Source: an uncultured Nitrospinota bacterium
Lineage (GTDB): Bacteria; Tectomicrobia; Entotheonellia; J063; CAVPRW01
Direction of reading: 5' to 3'
Assembly (NCBI GenBank): GCA_963707985.1
Contig: CAVPRW010000001.1
Span: 32,001-96,000, forward strand
DNA: 64,000 nucleotides
The position numbers and the translations under genes were made by a program. Of the stretch, positions 31,819 to 43,688 are shown in pieces. How positions within the stretch are numbered: the first letter of the stretch is position 1; each line of letters begins with the position of its first letter. A model generated the notes under the pieces. The model saw only the letters and a list, made by a program, of their open reading frames with translations. It was not told the DNA's origin and did not search any database.

Positions 31819-33720
31819 TCAATTGTCAGCCGCTGGAGTCTCGACTGATACACCATGCTCCTCAGTCGATACCTCGTCGTCCTGGCTCAGCCCATAGTTA
31901 AGCGCATACAAGCGCGCGTATAGGCCCTTGCGCTCTAGGAGCTCAGCGTGCTTGCCGATTTCCACCACGCGTCCATGCTGCAAGACGACGATGACGTCGG
32001 CATTGCGGATGGTGGAGAGGCGATGCGCGATCACGATGGAGGTGCGACCCTCCAGGAGGTACTTCAGGGCATTCTGAATGAGGATCTCGGTGTGCGTGTC
32101 GATGTTGGCCGTGGCCTCGTCCAGGATGAGGATGCGAGGATTGCTGACGATGGCGCGGGCGAAGCTGATGAGTTGCCGCTGTCCTACACTTAAATTGACC
32201 CCGCGTTCGGCGAGCGTCGTGTCGTAGCCCTGATTCAGGGCCATGATGAAGTCGTGGGCCCCGACCGCCTGGGCTGCGGCCTCAACATCCGCATCACTGG
32301 CGGCGGTATGCGCATAGCGGATATTCTCTTTGATGGTCCCAGAGAACAAATAGGGCTCCTGCAGGACCATACTCATCTGGCGCACCAGCGACTGGCGTCG
32401 TACCTGCCGGATATCGAAACCGTCGATTTTAATGCAGCCTTGGGTCACATCGGCGAAGCGGTGGATCAAGGTGGCAAGCGTGCTCTTGCCTGCCCCCGTG
32501 GCACCAACCAGGGCCACAGTTTCCCCGGGTGTGATGTGCAAGTCGATGTCTTGCAGCACGTCGATGCCTGGGACATAGTGAAAGGAGACGTGTTCGAAGC
32601 GGATCTCGCCCCGGATCGTTGGCATCTCAACCGCATCGGGTGCGTCCTGGACCTCAGGACGGACATCGAGCAACTCGAAGATCCGCACCCCCGCCGCCAT
32701 CGCCCGTTGCATCTGGCTGTATTGCATGGTCAGCTGCCGGATAGGCTCGAAAAAGCGTTGGACCCACAGCGCAAAGGCGATCAACACACCCCACTCGATC
32801 TGGCCTCTCTGCAGCAATACGCCTCCCACCAGCACGACGCCAACCCCCATGCCAATGCCGGTCAAACATTCGACGATCGGCTGCAGAGATCCAGAGAAAC
32901 GGGCCGCCTCAAGATTAGCGTCGAGGAATTCCTGATTCAGCCCGTTGAAGTGCTTGAGATTCTCTTGCTGGCGGTTCAGACTTTGCACGACCCTCACGCC
33001 AGTGATGTTTTGATTGTACTCGCCGTTGACCATGGCAATGGCGCGCCGGATACGCATGAACGAATGGCGGGCAAAGCGCTGCCAATAGGCCAGGACGAAG
33101 GCCAGTGGCGGGATGATCCCCATGTTGACCAGCGCGAGTTGCCAGTCTGTGAGCAGCATGGCGACGATGATCCCTCCCAGACTGAGGAGGTCTGCCAGGG
33201 TGGTGACCAACAGCTCAAAGGTTTCTTGCAGCTGCATGACATCGCTCTGACTACGCGACATGATGCGTCCGACCGAGGTACGATGAAAGAACGCCGGGGA
33301 CAGGGATTGAAGATGGTTGAACAACTGGGTGCGCAGGCTATACAGGACACCCTGTCCGACTCTGGCAATGGCGACTAGCTGAAGGTAATTGGCCCCGAAG
33401 TGGATGAAGGTGACGCCGAAAAAAATCAACCCCACAACATGCAAGCGCCTGAGATCGCCACTGTTGATCCCCCAGTTGATCCCATACATGATCACCAGGG
33501 GAATGCCCACATTGGCCGCGGTATACACCAGCATGGCAACCAGGGTGATCAGGGCGTCTCGTCGATAGGGGACCAGATAGGTCAGCAGACGCATGACCAC
33601 ACGATTGTCATAGACCTTGCCGATGACTGCGTCGTCGCTCAGATTGTCGCGGTTGGGAGCAAACATGCTTCCCGCATTGGTACCGCGCCAACCGCTCAAG
33701 ATGTCCCCACCGCCTTCCAT
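31819..33720 (-). CDS. ABC exporter, permease + ATPase
   Basis: TM domain, GATGAGKST, LSVGQRQ, ILDEAT. Confidence 0.93.
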   Translation of the reverse strand: MEGGGDILSGWRGTNAGSMFAPNRDNLSDDAVIGKVYDNRVVMRLLTYLVPYRRDALITLVAMLVYTAANVGIPLVIMYGINWGINSGDLRRLHVVGLIFFGVTFIHFGANYLQLVAIARVGQGVLYSLRTQLFNHLQSLSPAFFHRTSVGRIMSRSQSDVMQLQETFELLVTTLADLLSLGGIIVAMLLTDWQLALVNMGIIPPLAFVLAYWQRFARHSFMRIRRAIAMVNGEYNQNITGVRVVQSLNRQQENLKHFNGLNQEFLDANLEAARFSGSLQPIVECLTGIGMGVGVVLVGGVLLQRGQIEWGVLIAFALWVQRFFEPIRQLTMQYSQMQRAMAAGVRIFELLDVRPEVQDAPDAVEMPTIRGEIRFEHVSFHYVPGIDVLQDIDLHITPGETVALVGATGAGKSTLATLIHRFADVTQGCIKIDGFDIRQVRRQSLVRQMSMVLQEPYLFSGTIKENIRYAHTAASDADVEAAAQAVGAHDFIMALNQGYDTTLAERGVNLSVGQRQLISFARAIVSNPRILILDEATANIDTHTEILIQNALKYLLEGRTSIVIAHRLSTIRNADVIVVLQHGRVVEIGKHAELLERKGLYARLYALNYGLSQDDEVSTEEHGVSVETPAADN

Positions 33721-33725
33721 CTATG

Positions 33726-35528
33726 TCAACCCTCCACACCTCCGGATCTGGCACCATCCAGCAAGATTTCCTCCTGCGGACGCAGCTGCAACTCGTAAAT
33801 GTCCCGATACAGGCTGCGTTGGACCATCAGATCGTCGTGAGTTCCCTCCTCGACGATCTCACCATCCTGGAGCACCAAGATGAGGTCAGCTCGCCGCACA
33901 GTGCTCAACCGATGCGCAATAACAAAGGTCGTGCGCCCTTCCATGACCGCGATCATCGCCTGATGGATGCGCCGTTCCGTCTCCACATCAACGCTGGACG
34001 TGGAGTCGTCGAGGATCAGAATCGGTGGGTCCAGTAGGATCGTGCGGGCGATGGACAGGCGCTGTCGTTGCCCTCCCGAGAGTGTAGAGCCGCGCTCACC
34101 AACCCACGTGTCGTACCCTTTCGGAAGACGCATAATCTGGTCATGGAGCTGGGCGATTTTGGCTGCCCTGACCACGTCCTGAAAAGACGCGTGGATTGCC
34201 CCATAGGCAATGTTGTCTCGAATAGTGGCACTGAAGAGGTAGACGTCCTGTTGTACGATCCCGACATTACGCCGTAAGGATTGGAGTGTGAAGTTCCTGA
34301 TATCCTCGCCATCAATGGTAATCTGCCCCGTCGTAACATCATAAAAGCGGGGGATAAGATTGACGATGGTGCTCTTCCCGCTTCCCGGTGCCCCCAGGAT
34401 GGCGGTAATTTGGCCTGGGGTGGCGTCAATGGTAATCTGCCTCAGGGCTGGGATACGGGCGTCGTAGGCGAACGAGACGTGCTCAAAGTGCACATGTCCT
34501 CGCGCCCTTCCCATCGCTTTGGCATCGGGTTTTTCAGCCACGGGAGAGCTAGCATCCAGCACCTCAAACAGGCGCTCCCCGGAGGAGATCGCGCGCGAAA
34601 TACTATCAATGACGCGTGCGGCTGCACGGATGGGGAAGGCAAGCTGGTTCATGTACAGGATGAACTGGGTGAGGCCCCCGGCTGTTAGCTGTCCATGCAT
34701 CACCTCCCAGCCGCCAAACCACAGGATCGCGCCCAGCGTACAGGTGTAATAGAGGGTCATCCAGGCGCCATTGATCTCCTGCAAGCGCTCCGACCGGAAA
34801 TAGTGCTCCCGCAGCTCTTGTGCTTTACGGGCGTACTTCCGTTGCTCATGTTCCTCGGCAGCGAAGGCCTTGACCACATGCATGCCGACCAGATTCTCTT
34901 GCAAAATGGTCACTGACTCTCCCATGATTTCCTGGACCCGCAGCCACATGGGACGCAATTTTCGCAACACCAGAGTCGATTGCAGGACAGAGAACGGGGC
35001 GAACGCGAGGCTGATCAGCGCCAGCTTCCAATTCAAGAAGGCTAAAATGCTGCTGATCGCCACTAGCCGGATCGCCACATCCAGAGATCGGACCATACCA
35101 AGGCTCACGAACCGGCGGACTTGCTCCACATCGGCAGTTGCCTTAGACATGAGGTTACCTGTATGTTCCGTATCGTGGAAAGCAAAGCTCAGATGCTGCA
35201 GCTTGTCATACAGGAGCGTGCGCAGATCGTAGGACACCTTGTGGGACAACGAGTCAGAAGTATACATCCGAGCAAAGTCAAAAACCCCCCGCAGGAGGCT
35301 CGCTCCCAGGAGTGCCGACGCCATCAAGACGAGTGTCCAGGTATCCACCTGCAAGGGGATGACACGCCCATCGGCCGGATCAAATCTGACTAGCCGATCA
35401 ACCGAACTGCCGAAGAGGCGTGGGATCAGGAGGGCAAAGCCGATCGCGGCGAAGAAGCTGAGATAGGCGAGGATGAGGCGCACACGATAGCGCCAGGCCA
35501 TTTTGATGATTCTGAGTAAAATCTGCAT
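33726..35528 (-). CDS. ABC exporter, permease + ATPase (heterodimer partner)
   Basis: GAPGSGKST, LSGGQRQR, ILDDST. Confidence 0.93.
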   Translation of the reverse strand: MQILLRIIKMAWRYRVRLILAYLSFFAAIGFALLIPRLFGSSVDRLVRFDPADGRVIPLQVDTWTLVLMASALLGASLLRGVFDFARMYTSDSLSHKVSYDLRTLLYDKLQHLSFAFHDTEHTGNLMSKATADVEQVRRFVSLGMVRSLDVAIRLVAISSILAFLNWKLALISLAFAPFSVLQSTLVLRKLRPMWLRVQEIMGESVTILQENLVGMHVVKAFAAEEHEQRKYARKAQELREHYFRSERLQEINGAWMTLYYTCTLGAILWFGGWEVMHGQLTAGGLTQFILYMNQLAFPIRAAARVIDSISRAISSGERLFEVLDASSPVAEKPDAKAMGRARGHVHFEHVSFAYDARIPALRQITIDATPGQITAILGAPGSGKSTIVNLIPRFYDVTTGQITIDGEDIRNFTLQSLRRNVGIVQQDVYLFSATIRDNIAYGAIHASFQDVVRAAKIAQLHDQIMRLPKGYDTWVGERGSTLSGGQRQRLSIARTILLDPPILILDDSTSSVDVETERRIHQAMIAVMEGRTTFVIAHRLSTVRRADLILVLQDGEIVEEGTHDDLMVQRSLYRDIYELQLRPQEEILLDGARSGGVEG

Positions 35529-35951
35529 CGCGCCCGATGAATCCTCCTATACCAGTACCGCACAAACAAGGACACGCCGTCAAGCGCTACAAGGATCAAG
35601 GCTTCTGGCGGACCAGATCAGGGGCCACAATCCACAAGTGCACTCTAGCTCAGACAAGTCTCACGGTCAAGCGTCTCACGGTCGTGCGGATACACAGGCC
35701 CCAGAGGCATATCCACGGAATTGGCTTTGCGTTTTAGAGATCTCAATGCCAATATGTGATTTGCTCAAAGGCTCGACTCTCGAATTGCAGAGCACATCAC
35801 GTGCTTATACTCCAGGAGGACTCGCAATGCAATATATGGTGTCGTCGTTTCCCCAAACAGCATTGCGGAACGGTCCACAAGACAACACGCATAATGCCTA
35901 GACCGCTGAGAGCCTAGTCGTGACGGCATACGTATGAGGGGAGGGGAAGGC

Positions 35952-37124
35952 ATGGGGCATGCCATACCACAACACGACGTGGTTGCTACGGCACGTATGC
36001 TGGTGCCACACATCCGCGCCAAATGCGACGAGTTGGAGACGGCACGCCGTGTGCCACCGTCGCTCGTTCAGGAAATTGCTGAGGCGGGATTATTACAACT
36101 CCACTTCCCGCGCTCGATGGGTGGCTTGGAACTGCCACCGTTGACGTCCTTCCGCGTCATTGAGGAATTCTCCAGGGTTGATGGCTCCGTTGGCTGGTGT
36201 ACGATGATTGCCAATGCCGCCAGCTTTTTTGTCGGCCGGCTGTGCCCCGAAGTTGGCAGAGCACTTTTTGGCCAGCCCCCAGATGTCCGTATCGCAGGCT
36301 CTCTACGCCCCGAAGGTAAGGCTTATGTGGTCGACGGTGGCTATCGGGTGCAGGGTCGCTGGGATTTCGCCAGCGGCATCGATCACGCGCGCTGGCTGCT
36401 GTGCACGTGTACGGTCATGGACGGAGATAACCCACGGCTGGCTCCCGACGGAACACCTGTGCTGCGGCATCTGCTGCTACCAGCAGCAGATGCTACCATC
36501 GAAGACACCTGGTCGGTGGTTGGCATGTGCGGCACTGGCAGCCACGACTTCATTGTGGATAACGTCTTTGTTCCGACACCGCACACGTTCTCCTTTACCG
36601 AACCGCCAGGAGAGGTCGGGCCGCTCTACCATCCACGCCTCCTATTGGTTGTCGCCTGGACAGACACCGTGGGAAATGCTCTGGGTATGGCGCGTGGCGC
36701 GATTGAGGCCTTCATCGAGTTGGCGTCCTATCACGGGTCAACAAGTGCACCCACACTCCTACGCGACCGTCCCCTCGTCCAGGCCCGCTTGGCCGAGGCC
36801 GAAGCCATTCTCAGTGCAGCCCGCGCCTATGTCATCGATACTGTTGGAACTGCCTGGGAAGCGGTCTGCAATGGGGTACCGGATCCAGGACTCGAGATCG
36901 CTCAAGCCAGGCTCGCCATTACCCACGGCATGCACGAAGCGGTACGCGCAGTGGACCTAGTCTTCCATGCTGCCGGCACCAATGCCCTCTACCGGAAGTA
37001 CCCGCTGGAACGCTATTTTCGGGATATCCATGCGGCAGTACAGCACGCCGCTGGACTCCCCAGCCATTACGAATCCGCTGGCCAAGTGTTGTTGGGGCTT
37101 CGGCCGAATGGTGTGGGCTGGTAA
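35952..37124 (+). CDS. Acyl-CoA dehydrogenase-like flavin-dependent monooxygenase
   Basis: DGSVGW, W.FASG, W.VVGMCGTGSHD, LERYFRD. Confidence 0.88.
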   Translation: MGHAIPQHDVVATARMLVPHIRAKCDELETARRVPPSLVQEIAEAGLLQLHFPRSMGGLELPPLTSFRVIEEFSRVDGSVGWCTMIANAASFFVGRLCPEVGRALFGQPPDVRIAGSLRPEGKAYVVDGGYRVQGRWDFASGIDHARWLLCTCTVMDGDNPRLAPDGTPVLRHLLLPAADATIEDTWSVVGMCGTGSHDFIVDNVFVPTPHTFSFTEPPGEVGPLYHPRLLLVVAWTDTVGNALGMARGAIEAFIELASYHGSTSAPTLLRDRPLVQARLAEAEAILSAARAYVIDTVGTAWEAVCNGVPDPGLEIAQARLAITHGMHEAVRAVDLVFHAAGTNALYRKYPLERYFRDIHAAVQHAAGLPSHYESAGQVLLGLRPNGVGW

Positions 37125-37427
37125 GGAGATACTCCCCTTTCTGCCACCGGACCGGGCACGCAGCGGGTCCGCTGTCACCGCCAAAGCCGCTGGCCAATGC
37201 TTCGAGTGGGGTTTCCGCGGCGTATAATCCGGAGACTGGTGCTGCGTCGCTGCGTCTGCTTGAGAGGGGATGGCTCCCACAAGTACAGCATATCTTTCGC
37301 CCAGTATCAAGATGCCAACCAGTGAGCCAGCAATTCTCATGTTGATTTTTGACGATCCGGAGTTGCCGACGGTCAGCTATGGATGCTACGATGTCAGCCT
37401 TTTCCCCCAAGTAGAGGAGGAGGCCAT

Positions 37428-37820
37428 ATGACTGAAGCGCTGGCTTTTGATGCGTTGGTGCAGGCACTCCACCAACAGTTGGCCATGCTGCCGGATTACT
37501 GGACGGGGAAGAATACCCAGTACACGATCAAAGATGCCGCGCTGGGGGCATTTGCCGTCTTCTTTACCCAATCGCCTTCTTTTCTGGCCTCTCAGCGGAC
37601 GATGCAGCAGGCCAAAGGGCGGAGCCACGCGGAGAGTCTCTTCGGCATGGCAGCCATGCCCTGTGACAATCAGATCCGTCGTCTACTGGACCCAGTGGCC
37701 CCGGCGCAGCTGTTTCCGGTGTTCGAGGAGGTCTATGCGGCTCTGGAAGGCGCGGGGCACGTGTCCGCGTTTCGCTCCTTCGCGGGCCAGCTGCTGATTG
37801 CCTTGGACGGCACGGAATAG
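37428..37820 (+). pseudogene. ISNCY-type transposase, 3'-truncated
   Basis: FAVFFTQSPSFL, PCDNQIR.LLD, LIALDGTE, then cut by the next IS. Confidence 0.75.
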
Positions 37821-38841
37821 ACACTCTCAAGGGTTTATAGTGTAGCATCTCCCAAAGACAACTCAGCGAGGGAGGGAGGTGCCTATGCCACGTGATGAAG
37901 AGGTCGCCCAGCGTGCCGGCAGCTGAGGATCGCTGAGCGGGCTCATGGAAGCCGAATTGCAAGCCTTGCGACCGCATTTTGAGGAGGCTTTTGTGACCTC
38001 TATGCAGGACCGCACGGTTGCTGGGCCACCGCGCACGAGTCGCCGGGACACGACCTAGGGCACCTGTCCGCGACCCACGATCGCGGACCAACCGCTCTTC
38101 ATGCTGACCTACGTGAAACAGCATCCCATGCAAGCGGTGCCAGGACAGCTCTGTGGGATGTCGCCAGCGAAGGCGAATACGTGGATTCACCTCCGACATG
38201 CCATCTTGACTCGAGCCTGAGCACATCAAGATGTGCTGCCAGCTCGCCACGCTGACGATTGAGCGGTGTTGCTGGCGGCTCAACGGACTGAGGATGTCCC
38301 GGCGTCCCCCCTGTTTGGCATGATGGCACGGAGCGACCGATCCACCGCCCCACCGATCCCGACGACCAGCAGGACTATGACAGCGGCCAGAAGACGTGCC
38401 ACACGATCAAGCACCTCCTCGTGAGCGATGAACCCTGTCACATGGGCTTCGTGAGTGCCACGGATGCAGGAAAGGCGAAGGCTCAAAGCCTGGCTGAGCT
38501 GGAGGGCGATCCCCTGCCACACGGCAGGTGCCTCGACCAGGATATGGGCTTCCAGGGCGTTATACTCCACGGTGTCACCATCGTCCAACCGCCGAAAAAC
38601 CCTCCTGGGGGGGAACTCACCCCACCTGAGCAAGCGACCAATCGTACGATCGCGTCGCTCAGCATTGGTATTGAACACGCCATTGGCGGTGTGAAGCGCT
38701 ATCGGATGGTCAAAGATCAGATACGCCTCGTGAAGGATGGCATTCGCGACACCGTCATGGAGACATGTTGTGGGCTGCATCACTTTCGCCTACAGTATAG
38801 ACCTTGGCACGATGCCTCATAACAAATATTGAAAGTGTCTA
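37818..38841 (+). mobile_element. IS5-family (DDE_Tnp_4-type) IS, degenerate
   Basis: Inverted repeats TAGACACTCTCAA / TTGAAAGTGTCTA; DGTERPI.RP, DMGFQG, IEHAIGGVKRYR. Confidence 0.8.
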
Positions 38842-39034
38842 TTAGATGTTCCATACCAGCTTACCTCCGTAGATTGGTTCCTCATATCCGCACGACAATT
38901 TGGGACAGAGCCATATAGCCCTGGCGTATCTTCATCCGTGGTAGTGATTCTAGTCATGATGGCTGCTGGAGAATTCACAAAGGAATTCGCCAGCAGCCTC
39001 ACTACTCATGCCATGTGACGTTGGAGTGCAGTTG

Positions 39035-39427
39035 TTAATCTCCTGCGACCGTGAAGCGCCGCTCACAGTTGATATATTTGACTGCGCATCCGAGAGCTCT
39101 TCCCGATCTAACCGGCCCACTCATGCAAGCCTGCAGCTCGAAATCGCACCCATCCGGACAATCTGATAAAAAACGCGAGTTGGAGACTTGAGTGAGCATA
39201 GCGTTCCCCAATTGCAGTACTACAGCAATGGCCTGGACGCAAGCGGCACTATCCTCGGCTATCTGTGGATTGATAATCATGTTTCCCTCGTCAGGGAACC
39301 GCGAATGCACGGGTTCAATCAATACCACACCGATTATGCCTGCAAACACTACAGCAACCATCAATGCTGGCGTCCAGCGAAAAATTCTGCAGATACGCGT
39401 ATGAACTTGCCGAGTCTCTGTTATCAT
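39035..39427 (-). CDS. Hypothetical exported Cys-containing protein
   Basis: GGAGAG RBS, N-terminal hydrophobic helix, several Cys residues. Confidence 0.45.
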   Translation of the reverse strand: MITETRQVHTRICRIFRWTPALMVAVVFAGIIGVVLIEPVHSRFPDEGNMIINPQIAEDSAACVQAIAVVLQLGNAMLTQVSNSRFLSDCPDGCDFELQACMSGPVRSGRALGCAVKYINCERRFTVAGD

Positions 39428-39658
39428 TACCTCACTCTCCTTTTTTCACCGTGGGAGCCTTATAGAGCCAGCTGTAGGCAGCTCTATCCCAGCGCCACGC
39501 CTCCACTGAACGGGGCCATGACACCTGTTCTTATTAACACCCCTTCCACGAGTATCGCTCTCACCTCCTTTCCTTTCTGAGTCACGCTTAAGCATATGTT
39601 TTCAGATCGTCTTTCTGCCCTTAGTTGTAGGGCCTCGAATTCTGTGCGTGGAAGTGGC

Positions 39659-40916
39659 TCATGGAGTCCCTGTTGCCAACAGGGGGTTGGCCGCACCCCA
39701 AAGGTCCAGAAGGCGCGGAACTCCCGCTTCGCCCCAACCAGTAAATCGACACAGGCGGCACCCCAAGGTTGTACTGGGTGGGGACACCGGAGGATATGTC
39801 ACGCTCAACGAGCCCCCTGGAGTGAACACCAGATGGGCCCAGGTGCTGTCTTGGATACGAGCAGCCACAAAATCTTCCAGCACTTGCAGGGCGATCCCTA
39901 CAGCGCACTGATTCAGGGAGGCGAGCGAGCCATCGCGTTCGCGCTGCCAGTCACGCGGAGCGGCGAGCGCTTGCTCCGCCTCGGTCTGAGCAAGTACCTG
40001 CAGCGCGCGCGGCTGGTCGCGTACCCCACCGCAGCAGAGCAGACATTGTCCGGGGAGTACCAGTCGCACATCCGCACCCATCTGGCGCTCCTTACCCCTG
40101 CCGTGCACTCCGGTGGCAATATCCAGCAATGGTTTGCAGAACACGGTGGCGATAGCCGTGGCTGCGAGCCGTGCGCTGTCGTGATCCACACACGACACCA
40201 CTACATCGCACGCCTGCATGGCGTGCAGGGTGGGCCAGCGCGCGATCGATGTGGGCACTGCGACGATATCGAGCTGGGGAAAGGCCAGAGCGGTGAGGGT
40301 GGCCGTCAGCGCTTCGACTTTGGGGCGTCCGAGAGCAGGGGCAGTCACGCCCACCATCTCTCTCAGGTTGTGCTGCTCGAGGACGTCGGGATCGATGAGC
40401 GTCAGGTGCTGGACCCCCAGATGCGCCAGCGCCAGCGCCAGCCCACTCCCCGTCCGTCCCAGGCCAACAACGGCATAGCGCAAGCCAATCACACGCTGCC
40501 ACACCTCAAGGCCCAGCGCGCCAATGGTACGCGACCAGCGTACGGGCAGGTCTTGAACGGACTCCTCACCTGCCTGTGACGACCGCTCTGGCCAGGGCAT
40601 CTGCTGCAAGTTGATCGTGAGCATCCCCGGTCCTACCAGACGTAAGGAGTGGGCAGGGTTGAGGGCTTGCGCGGGGAAGCGCACAGCGCCGAGCGCGCGG
40701 CCGCGCTGCAGATTTCGTCCCAGCAGCAGTACCCCCATGCAGTCCAGCGGCAGGGGATGGGACACAGCGAAGGTGTCGGTCCAGCCGATGAGGAAGGACC
40801 GTCCGCTCGACCTCCTCCAACACCCGCATGAGATCGGGTGATGGCTGTGACGCGTCTTCCCAGTCCGTCTCGGCGATATCCGTGTCCGAAATTCGCAGTG
40901 GTCTAGCCTTGAGCAT
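39659..40916 (-). pseudogene. ThiF/E1-like adenylyltransferase family protein, apparent frameshift near 40770
   Basis: RWSRTIGALG, VVGLGRTGS, LIDPD.LE.HNL, CVD...AR, CLLC. RBS AAGGAGGT precedes ATG 40916 in a different frame. Confidence 0.75.
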
Positions 40917-41406
40917 CACCTCCTTTCCCATGAGTTGATACCCTGAGTGTAGTGTCATGAAAGGTGTCGCCTGAATGTGGAGGTCGGACTAGGGCTAGGG
41001 AATTTTGGCATGCGGGTGCGCTCGCTCGCCGTTGATTATGAGGGTTGCATCGCTGAGGCGGGTAAGGAACTGCAGGACTAGATCACGCAGGTCAAGGCTT
41101 GGGGGGAGCATATCGAGGTCCTGCTCATCGGAATTGCGGGAACACGCCTCTGGGGCCTGCCGCTTGCTCCTGACCCCTCGCGGCGGGGGATCAGTCGTCG
41201 GAGCGGCCTGCACCTTACGTGAAATTGTCGGTTGTTACGGTACTAGGCCTACCAATCCGGGCAGTGTGTGGAGCTGATTTGTGGTCTCTATGGGGAACTG
41301 GAAGACAGATGGACGGCGGACGGCGACAGCGAACCGAGCCTGGCCGCACATCAAACCGGTCGATCACGATCCGGTGTTCAGGTCAGCCTATTATCATTTG
41401 GCGTTT

Positions 41407-41426
41407 TTGTAACTTGTAAGTTACAA
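41407..41426 (+). promoter_or_regulatory. Palindromic operator upstream of TA locus
   Basis: TTGTAACTT-GT-AAGTTACAA. Confidence 0.6.
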
Positions 41427-41433
41427 TGAGGAC

Positions 41434-41781
41434 ATGGACACACATGAGCGACGCCTCATAGAATACATCACACGCACAGGCGGGAACCCCTTTGGGGCGT
41501 GGCTCCGTTCCATCACGGACACAACCATGCGCGCGCGTATTCGGACGAGGCCATCACGCCTCCGCCTTGGCAACTTCGGTGATACCCGGAGCGTCGGGGA
41601 AGGCGTACATGAGCTTCGGCTCGATTTCGGGCCTGGCTACCGTGTGTGTTATGGCCTTATCGGTGACACTATTGTGCTCTTGCTGGACGGGGGCGACAAG
41701 CAGTCGCAGGCCCGAGATATCCGCGACGCCAAACGACACTGGCGGGAGTTTAAGGACGATCATGCCGACGAGAGACTATAA
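41434..41781 (+). CDS. RelE/ParE-family addiction module toxin
   Basis: RLRLGNFGD..SVGEGV.ELR.DFGPGYRV, GGDK..Q..DI..AK. Confidence 0.85.
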   Translation: MDTHERRLIEYITRTGGNPFGAWLRSITDTTMRARIRTRPSRLRLGNFGDTRSVGEGVHELRLDFGPGYRVCYGLIGDTIVLLLDGGDKQSQARDIRDAKRHWREFKDDHADERL

Positions 41782-42060
41782 AGAATCGTTGTTTGAAGAC
41801 TTGCAGGATCCGGAGTTTGCAGTCGCATACCTGAACGCGGCACTGGAGGAGTCCTCCTCGGATGTGTTTCTGCTCCATTTGCGTGACGTGGCGGAAGACC
41901 CGGGGGGCTAGGGAAGCTCGGCGCAGAAACGCGCCTCGCACGGGAAGCGCTTTACCGTATGTTAAGTGGGAAGGGCAACCCGCAGTTGTCAAGTCTTGAG
42001 AAGATCTTGCAAGCCTTGGGGCTGCGACTGGCGGTCGTGCGAGCGGCGTCAGAGAGTTGA
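41762..42060 (+). pseudogene. Addiction module antidote (HTH), frameshifted at a G-run near 41905
   Basis: L.DPE.A.AYLNAALEE...LRDVAE; second frame REALYRMLSGKGNPQL...ILQALGLRL. Confidence 0.82.
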
Positions 42061-42284
42061 AACGAATTCGCCTGCGAGCAGTGACAACGCCGGGATATCC
42101 TGCGCTCTGGCACGAGTCTGTTTGCTGGCATTGACGTGACCTCAGAGGAGATTTTCACCCGGTTATACATCGATCATTACTGTGGCAAAATCTAAGATGC
42201 TGCAGCTGATGGGACCGAAACATGCAACCAGCCAGGAAAACACCTGACCGGTTGAGAGTTTATTGGTGCGTGGGGTGGCTCGGG

Positions 42285-43165
42285 CTAGTCATCAACTAGC
42301 GTGGCCGCAGCCTCGGGAAGCTGGTTGTCCACCAGATCAGCGGCACAGGCCGCGCCGCTCAGCAGGCCCCAGCGCACCATCAAGTGGTAGGTGTCTTCGA
42401 CAATCTCGTCCGTGTATGACGTGGTGTACGAGTAGCGCAGGTGGGGGAGGTGAAAATCCTCTGGCGTGAGTCGGCCAAATTTGGCCAAAGCCGCGGCGTG
42501 ACGTGGATCATCGATGAGATAAAGGAAGTAACACCACGCGCTTACCGGGGCCTGCAAACTGGCCGATGTCAGTGCCTGTGATGTTTTGGTACTGCACCAG
42601 CAGCATCCTGGCCTTCGCCCACTTACCGTTAGGCCCAAACTCCGCCTGGCCAAGATCGTAGCGAATTCGTGGGTGCGGATGTACTCGCCCACGGTCTTCT
42701 GGTCTAGGCTCTTGGTCGCCCCGATGGCTTGACCCAGGACCTGCATCATCGCGTGTGCCCAGGGCGGCAAGTAGAGGCCCAGGGGATCAACGCCAGCCTT
42801 CTCGGCCTGCGCTTGGTACCTCTATGGCAGGGGCGATCAGGTTCGTCCCATAGCTGGAGACCACGCAGTCCACCTTATCGACGTCGAGCAGCTTCGTATA
42901 GATGCCCGGGACGGTCGCCGGCTTGCTCTTATCGTCATCATAGAAGAACTCCACCGGTCGCCCAAGCAGGCCACCCGCCTTGTTGACATCATCACGTCAG
43001 ATCTCCATGGCGAACAGCGCGGCTTTGCCGTTGGCGGCGAGGCCGCCAGTGAGTGCCATGCCGAAGCCGATACGGACGGGCGCGGCCGCCTGGGCCCGAG
43101 GGTTAGCATAGACCGACGAGAGCCAATGCAGCGATCAGTCCCCCAACCAGAACCCATGTGTCCAT
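42285..43165 (-). pseudogene. Fragmented ABC substrate-binding protein remnants
   Basis: VRIGFGMALTGGLAANGKAAL and GVDPLGLYLPPWA pieces, with deletions and frameshifts. Confidence 0.65.
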
Positions 43166-43688
43166 GCGCTGCTTGCCTTGACGACGCATTACCTTCACCT
43201 CCCAGGCCTGATGGTTTAGAGAATGTCGCCCATGCGTGAACGCCATGCTGATGATTTCAGCGCGACAGCGCTATACGAATGAAATCCCTTTCAGCGAGCA
43301 GGGGATGAACGCGGGTCACGTCTTGCGGTAAGAGACAACAGGCGGGGGAGCCAGGACTGGGTAGAGACTCTGGGGCCCAGTGCAGGCTCAGGCGTAGGCG
43401 CATCGATGTGTCCTTCTTCACCGCCACAGCAAGGACGAGCTCCACAGCAACAGATGCGAGCCATACAGGGCTGGCAAGTCGGCGCGAGTGTATTCTCAGC
43501 CCCTGGAGGTGTCAAGCGAAATCCCTGCGCCCAATCACGAAACCAAACCACCTATCTGCTGGTTTTGCTTCTTGTGTCGCAGTCCGTATATACTAATGCA
43601 ATGGACTCCTGTGCCATTACGATGTTTTTCCTGCGAATGATCGGGGTTCGGAAGCCTTATCCGCCATCGTTGGATTAGAGCCATGGCC

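Noticed and set aside
39596..40579. 327-aa plus-strand ORF
   Set aside because: Antisense to the motif-bearing ThiF frame.
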